Source: the human T2T-CHM13v2.0 reference genome, Homo sapiens. Taken from it: DNA of 64,000 nucleotides. Where the stretch lies: NCBI RefSeq assembly GCF_009914755.1, contig NC_060935.1; one strand, 5' to 3'. Each line of letters starts with the position of its first letter. Within the stretch, counting starts at the first letter, position 1. Both the position numbers and the translations under genes were made by a program. A model generated the notes under the pieces. That model was given only the letters and a program-made list of their open reading frames with translations. It did not search any database and was not told the origin of the DNA. Below, one piece after another: positions 14,101 through 29,095 of this stretch.

Positions 14101-14896
14101 AATATTATTACAAATAGTGCTATTGATGTACCAGCTCTCTCTCGGAAGATTCCACATCTCACGGGGTGCCGCATTATCCAGGGGTGTTTTCCTGTACAAG
14201 GGATGACCTTGAGAACTGCCATGGTAGCAGGAGGCCCCAGTTTCATCACCTGCCCCTTGAAAGGTCCTGTGCATACTTGGAAAGACCATCAGATTTAGTC
14301 GAATGAACTCTAGCACAAGTCCCAACTCTCCCATTTAATTATTGTGATTTTTAAGCAACAAACAAGACCTCTCTGAGCACAGCTCTCTTCAAAAGGAAGA
14401 TGCTAATCACTCCCCATTGCTAGAAGGTTTCATGACACACTGCAGCTCCTTAGCTAAGGGCTTCTCCCCAGACAGTCCACCTCTGCCCCTACTGGAGAAG
14501 GAGTCTGTGAGGGGATTCTGGCCCTGGAATTGCAAGACACCTGACCCCACCTCCTCTGTGTGCTCAGCTGCCAAGACCTTGCCATTTCTGAAAACAATCG
14601 AACATTTCAGGAAAAGTGACTGTGGCCAGGTTGCTAATGTCCAGCAGCCATCAGAATCTGGCAGGCTCTCCCCACCTCCTGAATGGAGATGGTTTCCTTC
14701 CTGCCATTGCTAATGTTCCCTGCTCTGGGTGTGGGTAGGAGAAGTGGGAACCACATAATAAGGATTTGAAAATAGCTACTAGCCCACAGCAAGAAGTGGT
14801 TTCCACTTCACAGTGGACCAATTGCCTGATAGCAGGGAAGGGTGGTTGGTAGTTTCTGGGTCTGAGCTGGGCATCTGGGTTTAAATCCTAACACTA

Positions 14897-15295
<399 letters not shown>

Positions 15296-15664
15296 CTAAG
15301 TGGGTCCCTGACCCCCATACCTCCTGACTGGGAGACATCTCCCAGCAGAGGTCAACAGGCACCTCATACAGGAGAGCTCCAGCTGGCATCTGGTGGGTGC
15401 CCCTCTGGGACGAAGCTTCCAGAGGAAGGAACAGGCAGCAATCTCTGCTGTTTTGCAGCCTCCACTAGTGATAATCAGGCAAACAGGGTATGGAGTGGAC
15501 CTCCAGCAAATTCCAGCAGACCTGCAGCAGAGGGGCCTGACTGTTAGAAGGAAAACTAACAAACAGAAAGGAATAGCATCAATATCAACAAAAAGGACAT
15601 CCACTCAGAAACTCCATCCAAAGGTCACCAGCATCAAAGACCAAAGGTAGATAAATCCATGAAG

Positions 15665-16679
15665 ATGAGGAAAAACCAGCACAAAAAGGCTGAAAACTCC
15701 AAAAACCAGAATGCCTCTTCTCCAAAGATCACGACTCCTCGACAGCAAGGGAACAAAACTGGACAGAGAATGAGTTTGACAAATTGACAGAAGTAGGCTT
15801 CAGAAGGTGGGTAATAACAAACTAATCGGAGCTAAAGGAGCATGTTCTAACCCAATGCAAGGAAGCTAAGAACCTTGAAAAAAGGTTAGATGAATTGCTA
15901 ACTAGAATAACCAGTTTAGAGAACAACATAAATGACGCGATGGAGCTGAAAAACACAGCACGAGAACTTTGTGAAGCATACACAAGTATCAATAGCTGAA
16001 TCGATCAAGTGGAACAAAGGATATCAGAGACTGAAGATCAACTTAATGAAATAAAGCATGCAGACAAGATTAGAGAAAAAAGAGTGAAAAGGAATAAACA
16101 AAGCCTCCAAGAAATTGGGACTATGTGAAAAGACCAAACCTATGTTTGACTGGTGTACCTGAAAGTGACGGGGAGAATGGAACCAAATTGGAAAACACTC
16201 TTCAGAATATTATCCAGGAGAACTTCCCCACCTAGCAAGACAGGACAATATTCAAATTCAGGAAATACAGAGAATGCCACAAAGATACTCCTTGAGAAGA
16301 GCAACCCCAAGACACATAATCATCAGATTCACTGAGGTTGAAATGAAGGAAAAAATGTTAAGGGCAGCCAGAGAGAAAGGTCGGGTTACCCACAAAGGGA
16401 AGCCCATCAGACTAAGAGCGGATCTCTCTGCAGAAACCCTACAAGCCAGAGGAGAGTGGGGGCCAATATTCAATATTCTTAAAGATTTTTCAACCCAGAA
16501 TTTCATATCCTGCCAAACTAAGCTTCATAAGTGAAGAAGAAATAAAATCGTTTACAGACAAGCAAATACTGAGAGATTTTGTCACCACCAGGCCTGCCTT
16601 ACTAGAGCTCCTGTAGGAAGCACTATACATGGAAAGGAACAACCGGTACCAACCACTGCAAAAACATACCAAATTGTAA
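15665..16679 (+). pseudogene. L1 ORF1p (RNA-binding chaperone), disrupted
   Basis: ATG at 15665, TAA at 16677-16679. Fragment MPQRYSLRRATPRHIIIRFTEVEMKEKMLRAAREKGRVTHKGKPIRL is typical ORF1p; broken by frameshifts and stops. Confidence 0.9.
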
Positions 16680-16742
16680 AGACCATTGACACTATAAAGA
16701 AACTGTATCAACTAATGAGCAAAATAACCAGCTAGCATCATA

Positions 16743-19700
16743 ATGGCAGGATCAAATTCACACATAACAATATTCACCTTAAATGTAAACAGGATAAATG
16801 CCCCAATTAAAAGACAGACTGGCAAATTGGATAAAGAGTCAAGACCAATCAGTGTGCTGTATTCAGGAGACCCATCTCATGTGCAAAGACACACATAGGC
16901 TCAAAATAAAAGGATGGAGGAATATTTACCAAGCAAATGGAAAGCAAAAAAAAAGCAGGGGTTGCAATCCTAGTCTCTCATAAAACAGACTTTAAACCAA
17001 CAAAAATCAAAAAAGACAAAAAAGGGCATTACATAATGGTAAAGGGATCAATGCAACAAGAAGAGCTAACTACCCTAAATATATATGCACCCAATACAGG
17101 AGCACCCAGATTCATAAAGCAAGTTCTTAGAGACCTACAAAGAGAATTAAACCCCCACACAATAATAGTGAGAGACTTTAACACCCCACTGTCCATATTA
17201 GACAGATCAATGAGACAGACAATTAAAAAGGATATTCAGGACGTGAACTCAGCTCTGGACCAAGTGGACCTATTAGACATCTACAGAACTCTTCACCCCA
17301 AATCAACAGAATATACATTCTTCTCATCACACTTATTCCAAAATTGACCACATAATTGGAAGTAAAACACTCCTCAGCTAATGGAAAAGAATGGAAATAA
17401 TAGTCTATCAGACCCCGTGCAATCAAATTAGAACTCAGGATTAAGAAACTCACTCAAAACCACACAACTACATGGAAACTGAACAACCTGCTTCTGAATG
17501 ACTACTGGGTACATAACGAAATTAAGGCAGAAATAAAAATGTTCTTTGAATCCAATGAGAACAAAGACACAACATACCAGAATCCCTGGGACACAGCTAA
17601 AGCAGTGCTTAGAGGGAAATTTATAGCACTAAATGCCCACAGGAGAAAGCAGGAAAGATCTAAAATTGACACCCTAACATCTCAATTAAAAGAACTAGAG
17701 AAGCAAGAACAAACAAATTCAAAAGCTAGCAGAAGACTAGAAATAACTCAGATCAGAGCAGAACTGAAGGAGATAGAGACACAAAAAACCCTTCAAAAAA
17801 TCAATGAATCCAGTAGCTGGTTTTTTGAAAAGATCAACAGAATAGATAGACCACTAGCCAGACTAATAAAGAAGAAAAGAGAGAAGAATCGAATAGATGC
17901 AATAAAAAATGATAAAGGGGATATCACCATTGATCCCATAGAAATACAAACTACCACCATCAGAGAATACTATAAACACCTCTACACAAATAAACTAGAA
18001 AATCTAGAAGAAATGGATAAATTCCTGGACACATACACCCTCCCAAGACTAAACCATAAAGAAGTAGAATCCCTGAATAGACCAATAACAAGTTCTGAAA
18101 TGGAGGCAGTAATTAATAGCCTACCAACCAAAAAAAGCTCATAACCAGATGGATTCACAGCCAAATTCTACCAGAGGTACAAAGAGGAGCTGGTACCATT
18201 CCTTCTGAATTTATTCCAAACAATAGAAAATGAGGGACTCCTCCCTAACTCATTTTATGAGGCCAGGATCATCCTGATACCAAAACCTGGCAGAGGCACA
18301 ACAAAAAAAGAATATTTCAGCCAATATCCCTGATGAACATCGATGCAAAAATTCCTCAATAAAATACTGGTAAACCGAATCCAGCAGCACATCAAAAAGC
18401 TTATCTACCATGATCAAGTCAGCTTCATCCCTCAGATGCAAGGCTGGTTCAACATAAGCAAATCAATAAACGTAATCCAAACAGAACCAATGACAAAAAC
18501 CACATGATTATCTCAATAGATGCAGAAAAGGCCTTCAATAAAATTCAACACCACTTCATGCTAAAAACTCTCAATAAACTAGGTATTGATGGAACATATC
18601 TCAAAATAATAGAGCTATTTATGACAAACCCACAGCCAATATCATACTGAATGGGCAAAAGCTGGAAGCATTCCCTTTGAAAACCAGCACAAGACAAGGA
18701 TGCTCTTTCTCATCACTCCCATTCAACACAGTATTGGAAGTTCTGGCAATCAGGCAAGAGAAAGAAATAAAGGGTATTCAAATAGGAAGAGAGGAAGTCA
18801 AATTGTCTCTGTTTGCAGATGACATGACTGTATATTTAGAAAACCCCATTGTCTCAGCCCAAAATCTCCTTAAGCTGATAAACAGCTTCAGCAAAGTCTC
18901 AGGATACAAAATCAATGTGCAAAAATCACAATCATTCCTATCCACCAATAATAGACAAACAGAGAGCCAAATCATGAGTCAACTCCCATTCACAATTGCT
19001 ACAAAGAGAATAAAATACCTAGGAATCCAACTTACAAGGTACGTGAAGGACCTCTTCAAGGAGAACTACAAACCACTGCTCAAGGAAATAAGAGAGGACA
19101 CAAGCAAATGGAAAAACATTCCATGCTCATGGATAGGAAGAATCAATATTGTGAAAATGGTAATACTGCCCAAAGTAATTTATAGATTCAGTGCTATCCC
19201 CATCAAGCTACCACTGACTTTCTTCACAGAATTAGAAAAAACTACTTTAAATTTAACGTGGAACCAAAAAAGAGCCCGTATAGCCAAGACATTCCTAAAC
19301 AAAAAGAACAAAGCTGGAGGCATCATGCTACCTGACTTCAAACTATGCTACAAAGCTATAGTAACCAAACCAGCATGGTACTGGTACCAAAACAGATACA
19401 TAGACCAATGGAACAGAATAGAGGCCTCAGAAATAATACCACATATCTACAATCATCTGATCTTTGACAAACCTGACAAAAACAAGCAGTGGGGAAAGGT
19501 TTCCCTATTTAATATATGGTGGTGGGAAAAGAGGTAGCCATATGCAGAAAACTGAAACTGGACCCCTTCCTTACACTCTATACTAAAATTAACTTGAAAT
19601 GGATTACAGACTTAAATGTAAGACCTAAAACCATAAAAACCCTAGAAGAAAACCTAGGCAATATCCTTCAGAACATAGGCATGGGCAAAGACTTCATGAT

Positions 19701-20540
19701 AAAACACTGAAAGCAATGGCAACAAAAGCCAGAATTGATAAATGGGATCTAATTAAACTAAAGAGCTTCTGCACGGCAAAAGAAACTATCATCAGAGTGA
19801 ACAGGCAACCTACAGAATGGGAGAAAATTTTTGCAATCTATCCAACTGACAAAGGGCTAATATCCAGACTCTACAAAGAACTTAAACAAATTTACAAGAA
19901 AAAAACAAAAGATCCCATCAAAAAGTGGGTAAAGGATATGAACAGACACTTCTCAAAAGATGACATTTATGCAGCTAAGAAACATATGAAGAAAAGCTCA
20001 TCATCACTGGTCATTAGAGAAATGCAAATCAAAACCACAATGAGATACCACCTCACACCAATCAGAATAGCAATCATTAAAAAGTCAAGAAACAGCAGAT
20101 GCTGGAGAGGATGTGGAGAAATAGGAATGCTTTTACATTGTTGGTGGGAGTGTAAATTAGTTCAACCATTGTGGAAGAGAGTGTGGCAATTCCTCAACGA
20201 TCTAGAACCAGAAATACTATTTGACCCAGAAATCCCATTAATGGGTATATACCCAAAGGATTATAAATCATTCTACTATAAAGACACATGAACAAGTATG
20301 TTTATTGCAGCACTGTTCACAATAGCAAAGACTTGGAACCAACACAAATGCCCATCAATGATAGGCTGGATAAAGAAAATGTGGCACATATACACTATGG
20401 AATACTATGCAGCCATAAAAAAGGATGAGTTCATGTCCTTTGCAGGGACATGGATGAAGCTGGAAACCATCATTCTCAGCAAACTAACACAAGAACAGAA
20501 AACCAAACACTGCATATTCTCACTCATAAGTGGGAGTTGA
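16743..20540 (+). pseudogene. L1 ORF2p (endonuclease/reverse transcriptase), disrupted
   Basis: EN motifs (CCIQETHL, NIYAPNTG, DFNTPL), RT motif LFADDM, C-terminal [15 protein letters not shown]. Split over at least 7 ORF-track fragments in different frames. Confidence 0.93.
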
Positions 20541-22219
20541 ACAATGAGAGCACATGGACACAGGGAGGAGAACATCACACACCAGGGCCTGTCGGTGGGT
20601 GGGGGGCTGGGGGAGGGATAGCGTAAGGAGAAATACCTAATGTAGATTATGGATTGATGGGTGCAGCAAACCACCATGGCAAGTGTATACCTAAGTAACA
20701 AATATGCATGTTCTGCACATGTATCCCAGAATTTAAAGTATAATTTAAAAATATATAAAATAATAAAATAAAATAAAATAAATACATAAATAATAAATAA
20801 ATAAATCCTAACACTACCATTCAATTGTACAACTGCAGGGGTCTCCAGCCATATTGAATTCCTTGTAAATGGAACCCCAGAAGTAGGGTGTGTTATGGGA
20901 GTGATATCCCCTGGGCTTAAGAAGCCAAACTTCAGTTTCCTCGTCTGTCAAATTGTTGTGGAGCTAATTAAACAAGGTGATGAATTATCAAGAGCTGAGC
21001 AGAGTAAGTGCCCAATAAATGACAACTGTTGCTATTATTTCTGCTTCTTTCCCTCTCTGGGTATCCCTGGGACATTTACCTTGTGTAAAAGCCCTGAGAT
21101 CTCACTTGTGTCTGCCCAGAGCAATTTAACTTTGGAGCATTGCTCTTGAGGTCTTAATGAATGAAAAAACTTCCCGTGTATCTTCCCGGTACGGCATGCC
21201 CAGGGTGGTGGCTGACTCTCTCTGCAGCTTTGCTCTGCCAATTCTTCTGATTGTATGGGGAAGAAAGCCTCTGTTGTGTGCTGGTAGTCCTTAACACCTG
21301 GCGATATTAGCTGTAGAGGGCGTCTTAAGCAGCAGGATTCCATTACGGAGCAGCTGCAGTTGAAGGAGACGATATGGTGTGGATGGCATGGGACTCAGGA
21401 GCGAGGCACGTTCACTGTTCCCAATCCCGGATTCTGACTGGCTGCTCCCATAGGCCCATGTGAAAGATGAGGACAGTGGAGGCTCCCTGTCACTTCCCCC
21501 GTGCCATGGGTGCCTGAGAGGCAGCCGTGGGAGGCGGGGAGGTGGGGAGGTGAGGCCTCTTTTTGCCAGAAATGAACCCATGGAAAATCCTGGAATGGCC
21601 CTCCGCCTCCCGAGCCACTGGGAGGGCGCAGACTGCAGCCCACGAGGCGGGAGGTAGGCACTAGCTGTGGGAATGCAGAGCAGACAGGATTAAACTGACT
21701 TTCTGACATATTTCTGTGGGAAGGGTGTCTCTGAGTGTGAAGCCGTTTCCCCGAGTAGTGTGGGACCTTTCACGTGGCACCAGGGCTGACGCTGGCCCAC
21801 TTCACAGGATGCCAGGGCCCTGCCTAGGTGGAGAGGCAGAGGTGGAATGGGAAGAGGCCCCGGGGTCGCAGCCAAGAGGCTGCAGGCCCAGGCCCTAAGG
21901 AAAAAGTGACGGCCTCAGCTTCTTTCTGCTTCCATGGAGGAAGGACTCCAGCTAGGTGCCTCCAGTCCTCTAGCATCTTCCTCACGTGAGGCAGGGAAGC
22001 CCGAGCCCTGGGTTCCAATCCTGGCTCTGCCATTCACCAGCTGTGTGACCTGCGACAAACCATTGAAACTTCTGAACTTCCGTCTCTTCATCTTTGAAAC
22101 AAATGGTCAAAGATAAAGCACTAGGTGAGAAAAGGTAGTGTTAGTTACTGACCAAGGCAATGTTCCAAGGCACCTTGCAGATGCTATTTCATCAGAATAT
22201 ATTATTCTGTTTAAAAATA

Positions 22220-22436
22220 TTACATATATTTTATATGTATTTTTATACATATTTTATACGTATTTTATACATATATTTTATGTATTTTTATACATATATT
22301 TTATATGTATTTTTATACATATATTTTATATGTATTTTTATACATATATTTTATATGTATTTTTATACATATATTTTATATGTATTTTTATACATATATT
22401 TTATATGTATTTTTACATATATGTTACATATATTTT
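22220..22436. repeat. AT-rich minisatellite, 25-bp unit ttatatgtatttttatacatatatt, inside a MIR
   Basis: Four perfect units at 22301-22400 plus degenerate copies on either side. MIR sequence (cccattttacagatgaggaaactgaggct) resumes afterwards. Confidence 0.9.
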
Positions 22437-22647
22437 ATTAATTCATTGAATCAGAACACTCCTGCAAGGGAGAGATTATTAAGCCCATTTTACAGATGAG
22501 GAAACTGAGGCTAAAGCCTGAGAAACTCCCAGACAGTGAGGTGCATGGTTTGAATGCAAAACAGTGTTGCTGGCCTCCAAAGCCTGTGTCATTTTCCTTC
22601 CATGGAGAAACCTCTCTATTTAACGTTATTAATAGAAATATTGTTTA

Positions 22648-22935
22648 TTACAGGCATGGTGGCTCATGCCTGTAATCCCAGTGCTTGGGAGGCTGAGGCA
22701 GCAGGATCACTTGAGCCCAGGAGTTTGAGACCAGCCTGAGCAACATAGTGGGACCCCATCTCTAAAAAAAGCAAAAAAAAAATTAGCTGGGCATGGTGGA
22801 GTACACCTGTACTCCCAGCTACCCAAGACGCTGATGTGGGAGGATCCCTTAAGGCCAGGAGGTCAAGGCTTCAGTGAGCTGTGATCACACTACTGCACTG
22901 CAGCCTGGGTGACACAGTAATAGCTGTCTCAAAAA
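22648..22935 (+). mobile_element. AluJ-family SINE
   Basis: Dimer with ggatcacttgagcccaggagtttgagaccagcctgagcaacatag. Confidence 0.9.
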
Positions 22936-23083
22936 GAAGGAAAGAAAGAAAGGAAAGAAAGCAAAGAAAGGGAGAAGGGAGAAAGAGAGAAAGAGAGAGA
23001 AAGGGAGGGAGGGAGGGAGGAAGGAAGGAAGGCAGGCAGGAGAGGGAGGGAGGGAGGGAGGGAGGGAGGAAAGAAAGAAGGAA
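22931..23083 (+). repeat. Purine-rich (GGAA/GGGA/GAAA)n expansion of the Alu tail
   Basis: About 150 bp of almost purine-only sequence. Confidence 0.9.
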
Positions 23084-23669
23084 GTTTGCGTTTTGTTGGT
23101 AGAGCTGATCATGCATATATGGAGTGCACAGGACGAAGCATCCTCCTTGTCATTAGAACCGTAAGACATCCTTATGTGGTGGATGCAAATGTCCACATTT
23201 CATCGGGGGGACACTGAGGCTCATAAGACCAGTGAAGGGGCCCAACAGGGAGGGGATATGTGCAGCATGAATCCAATTAGTTTGTCTTCCCCTGGATCTG
23301 CCCCAAGCCTGGGAATCATAAGAGGCTTTGGAGAGCACCTGAAATTAGCGTGGACCTGGCAGGAGTGTTCTGCCCCTCAACCTCCCTTTGTGCACCCCAC
23401 ATAGCTGGAGGATGAGTCACACACCCTGGAGGACTTTCCTAATTATACAGGTATGTAGCGGCTTCTGGCCAGCCTCCTGGAGTTAGAGAAGGGGCTACCT
23501 GCTTGTTCAGGCAGCAGGGTGCTTGAGAGTATGGCTGACTTTGTGTCACCTGCCCTGGGATCCCCAGGATTCTATTTGTCAGAGCAGGGATGAACGAACC
23601 AAGGCCCAAGGCGTGAGACTAGATTGTATCTAGTGGGGCTGTCAGAGCAAGCCAGGGCACTTCCCTGGG

Positions 23670-23910
23670 GCCACGTGGTGGAATGGTCAGCTGAGGACAC
23701 AGATAGAACTGGCCTTGAATTCCAGTTCTGCCATTTAGCAGTGATCTTGGCAAACTCACTTACCCTCACGGAACCTCGACTGCTTCTTCTGAGAATAGGG
23801 GAAATGATGGTGCACCCTCCAGAGAGGTGCCAGAGGACCCCGAATGTGATCACGTTTGTATGCTAGGTAATGGGCTCAACACGTGGTGAACACTCAGTGT
23901 TGGTTGTTAT
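23670..23910 (+). mobile_element. MIR SINE
   Basis: ttgaattccagttctgccatttagcagtgatcttggcaaactcacttaccctc. Confidence 0.65.
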
Positions 23911-25234
23911 GGTAATGTGGATGCTATTGTTGTCATCCCTGGCCCATTACCAGAATCTTCTACCAGCTCAAAGCCACACACTGGAGGTAGTGCCGGAGCT
24001 GGTTTGCTAAGTCATTGAGGCATGTGACTGCACATGGGGGGTCCCTGATGGTCTATTTTCACCAGCACCCGTCCTTATCTGGAGCCTTGAAGGATTTTTG
24101 GCATTCAGAGAGTCCCCCCTGGAGATGTCTGTGCCTGCGAAGAGGGGCTGATTGATGGGGTGAGGACTTCCACTGGGGGCAGCTGGGGTGGCAGTGCAGG
24201 CCAGTGAGACCCCCTTCCTCTCTGGGTCTGGGCCTCTTTTTTCTATCAGCCTGGCAGATTCTGGAACGCCTGGTGCCCTCTCAGCAGAAGCCCTGGGGTA
24301 GGGTTTCTGGTTGGGTTTCAAGGGCTGCTCAGAGGTTGTGGCCATCTTTGCCGCTGAGCTGTGGTGCCGCTTGGGTTGCTAGACCACTGTGGGACTGATT
24401 CACAATAGGCTTGGGTGGAAAGGAGGCGCCTCTTTAAACCTCAGCGTTTCCGTCTGAGAAGTGGGTAGAAGCTTTCTGGCATCCTCTGCCTTCCTTGGGG
24501 AAGCAAAGGAGGACATGCGGGCTGGCCTTAGCTGGATGGCTAGAGAAACTCGGACAAGCTTGTGGCTTGAATGGGGGCCACGCTGGGCTCTCCAGGGCTC
24601 CCCACATTGCCTGCCTCGTCCACACAGCTGAGGAGCGGTCAGCACACACGAGGCCTCCGCCTGAGCTCTGCACAGCTGTCAGAGGCCCCCTGCTCCCTGG
24701 AAAAGGAGTGAAGATTAATTAAAGTTGTCAGGTCCTAAGTAAAATCACCAATGTCAATTTCCTCCCTCTGGCTCTTGCTGTCAGAATAAATTGGACAGTC
24801 ATTACCTAATACTCAGCCCATTTTCCTAATATTTCATGGATGCTGAAGGGCTGATGGGAAACAGGGAAGGTGAGACCCTTCAGAGCCAGGGAGCAGGGAG
24901 CTGCGTGTGGCTAAGGTTCTCTGGGCAGAGTAGCCCTGCCTCAAACCACTGTGGCCTCAGGAGGGAGCTCAGAGGATAGCCTCTGTGGGCCAGGGGTTGG
25001 GTTCTGTCCACATTGGTCACTGCCCTGACCCAAAGGAGGTGTCTGGAGCATGTTCACCCAGGCAGAAGAGTCTGGGTGGCTCCCTGTGCAACCCCCACCT
25101 ACTGGCAACAAGTCCAGGGACCTCCTGTTACAGCAGCAACTGGTGCCTTCATAGTCCTCAGTTCCAGAGAGCCTCAGTTTTTTAAGCTGAAAAATGGGAA
25201 TGAATATATATAATTATATATATTTTAAAAGCTT

Positions 25235-25420
25235 CTCGGTGGTTGCTTTTGGGAGAGGATTGATTGCAAGAAGTAGAAGAGAACCTTCTGGGGTACAGAA
25301 AATGTTCTATTTCTTAATCTAAAGTGTACATATAGCAAGGTATTCATATGTGAAAATTCATTGCACTGCATACTTAAGACTTGTAGACTTTATGTATGTT
25401 ACATCTCACTCAAACTTTTG
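25235..25420 (+). mobile_element. Ancient L1ME 3' end fragment
   Basis: gtggttgc..gaaccttctgggg..gaaaatgttctatttcttaatct..aaaattcattg..cttaaga. Confidence 0.6.
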
Positions 25421-26845
25421 AAAAGCAAAGCACTCAGTGGTCATAAGGATCTGGACATTGATTTGAAACTAAGGAGGACTCCTTGATGCTGCCTCCCTTT
25501 GAAAGAAGGGCTCCTTACACAGCATCTCTCGTGCCAGGCTGAGTTAAAAGGCTTGTGATACCATCTTAGTTGAATCTTCCCGGTGAGCCCATGGCAGGAT
25601 AGGAATGATAGGGGTTACTATTCCCATTTCAGGGGAAGTGACATGGTGTGGGAATTGGGAGGGCCAACTCAGATATGTACCCTGGCTCTGCCATCTCTTA
25701 CCTGGAGGGCCTTGGGCAAGTCAGCATACCTATGAAACAGAGGGTGATGATAAAGCCCACCTTCGAGGGACATTGTTCAGATTAAACAGCATAAAGAAGT
25801 GCTTGGCTCAGAGAGAGAGGCAGTGCATGTTAAGTGGCATTCCTTCTCTGGGCCTCAGTTTCCCTTTATGTCTTCTGGTGGTGGAAGAGGTCAGTCCTTT
25901 CTGCATGGGCTATGCCCACTGATGGGTGTTACAGAACTGGAAGGCCCTTCACCCTGCACTTCCTGGGAGGGACGTGACCATCTGAGAGGGGAGGTTTCCC
26001 CTAAGGCAGAGCTCTGTGCTCCCTTTACAGTGGAATCATAATAGCAAAAACACTCTTTCCCATGCAAATTCACGGCCAGCCCTGAGGCCTTGCAGACCCT
26101 AGGAGGAGACTCCAGGAGCCCTCCATCTGACAGAGGCAGCCCCGAATGCTTTCGTATGGAGGGAGAGGATGCTCACTTATTTTTTACATTCATGTTTTAG
26201 AGTTCCTAAATGTGCTGAGCTCAGGCTGGGCTTCCACAGGTTGCAATGATAGGTCAGGGCTGCCGCCTCCAGGGAGCAACCAGGATGTCAAGTCCTTCCC
26301 ATGAATCTCTGTAACACAAGAGAGTGACAGAGGCTGGGAGGGAGGGGTGGGATGTATCTAGAATGAAACTGGCAAAGAAACTCTGAGCTGATGCCACCAA
26401 ATCTTAAGCAGTGATGTTGGTCTCTGCTAAAGAGCTCTTGAGCTAGTGGAGAGACTTAGATCACACTTCCACAGCAAGCTACCCGAAGACCCTTTCTAGA
26501 CACTCACCTGGCACCCTCAAAGTCCCATAGAGCTTGGCACCTCTGCACCAGTTATCTTTTTCTTCCCAGTTCAATCTTTCTTATTGTCACAGGATAAAGG
26601 ACTAGATAAATTAGCTGGGATCAGGGACGGAGTCAGGAAGACAGAAATGTTTCTGACTCCCCCTACTCCAGCTGAGCCACTTGGCAGCAAGTTACTTTAC
26701 TTTTCTGAGCCTCCGTTTGTTGATTTGTGAAATGAAAATGCTGCTGCTTTGGGCCCTGTGGGTCTTGAACATCTCCCCAGGGGATGAGCTCCACCACGCC
26801 GGGGCCTAGAACACAGTGAAGACTGGGGACTTGCTATAGATTTGG

Positions 26846-27282
<437 letters not shown>

Positions 27283-27410
27283 TTAAAACTGAAGATTATA
27301 CGCATCTCAGTATGGGATGTATATAATTGATGGTGTGGGGGTGCGGGGCACCTCCCAGGCAGGAGGAATAGCATCTCAAAGACCCAGAAGTTGGAGAAGG
27401 AAAAAGGCAG

Positions 27411-27778
<368 letters not shown>

Positions 27779-28415
27779 TCATCTGGTCCCCAGGGTCCTG
27801 TAACACCAGCCAGGGGTTTGGCCTTGGTGTGGACATGGGCGTGCCCCACGGCTGCATCTGGGAGGCCCAGTTGATTACCCTCATGGAAGGCTCCGATGTT
27901 CCCAGGGCTCCACAGGATTGCTTAATCCCCCAAACACAAGCAGCCTTTAATTTGTGGAGACACAGTAGTGGCCCCGAGGTCTGAAACAGGAATCAAAGTG
28001 AACAGGCATCATTTACCATAAACAGGCTGGTCCCCAGTGGGTTCTGAGGCCCTGGCATGAGGAAGCCCCAAGATCCTCGGGTGCTCACAATAGAAGCCAC
28101 CAGCACACAAGGCAGCCATCCAAGGCTCTGACCTCAAGGTTCCTCCCACTCCCGTCTTGCAGGAGCCTCTGAGGAGCTGGGATGGGTGGTGGACAATGGG
28201 GGGTGGGGCCTTCCGGCTGCTGGGGAAACAATGGGTCATGATCAATTTAGGACTCTTCTAATGTTCTAAAATAAACCCTGGCGTTCTGGGGTCGAAGTAA
28301 ATCCTACCAGGGAAGCACAGCCTTGAACCCTTCCATTGGGGGTGGACTCTGGCCTCCGTAAGTCCCCATCCCAGCTCCCCTTCATTCTGGCTCCTGCATC
28401 CTGGCTTCTGTGTGG

Positions 28416-29095
<680 letters not shown>

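Noticed and set aside
15296-15650. Antisense and sense ORFs in the L1 5'UTR (possible ORF0)
   Set aside because: Generic translations of L1 UTR sequence. ORF0 lies further 5', in the part that appears truncated here, and I cannot support the assignment.
16743-20540. Retrotransposition-competent L1
   Set aside because: Multiple frameshifts and stops in both ORFs, and the 5' promoter end is missing.
22138-22499. Y/F/I-rich ORFs, and a superficially CRISPR-like array of palindromic units
   Set aside because: The ORFs are translations of the AT minisatellite. The units are contiguous with no unique spacers and there are no cas genes; the DNA is eukaryotic.
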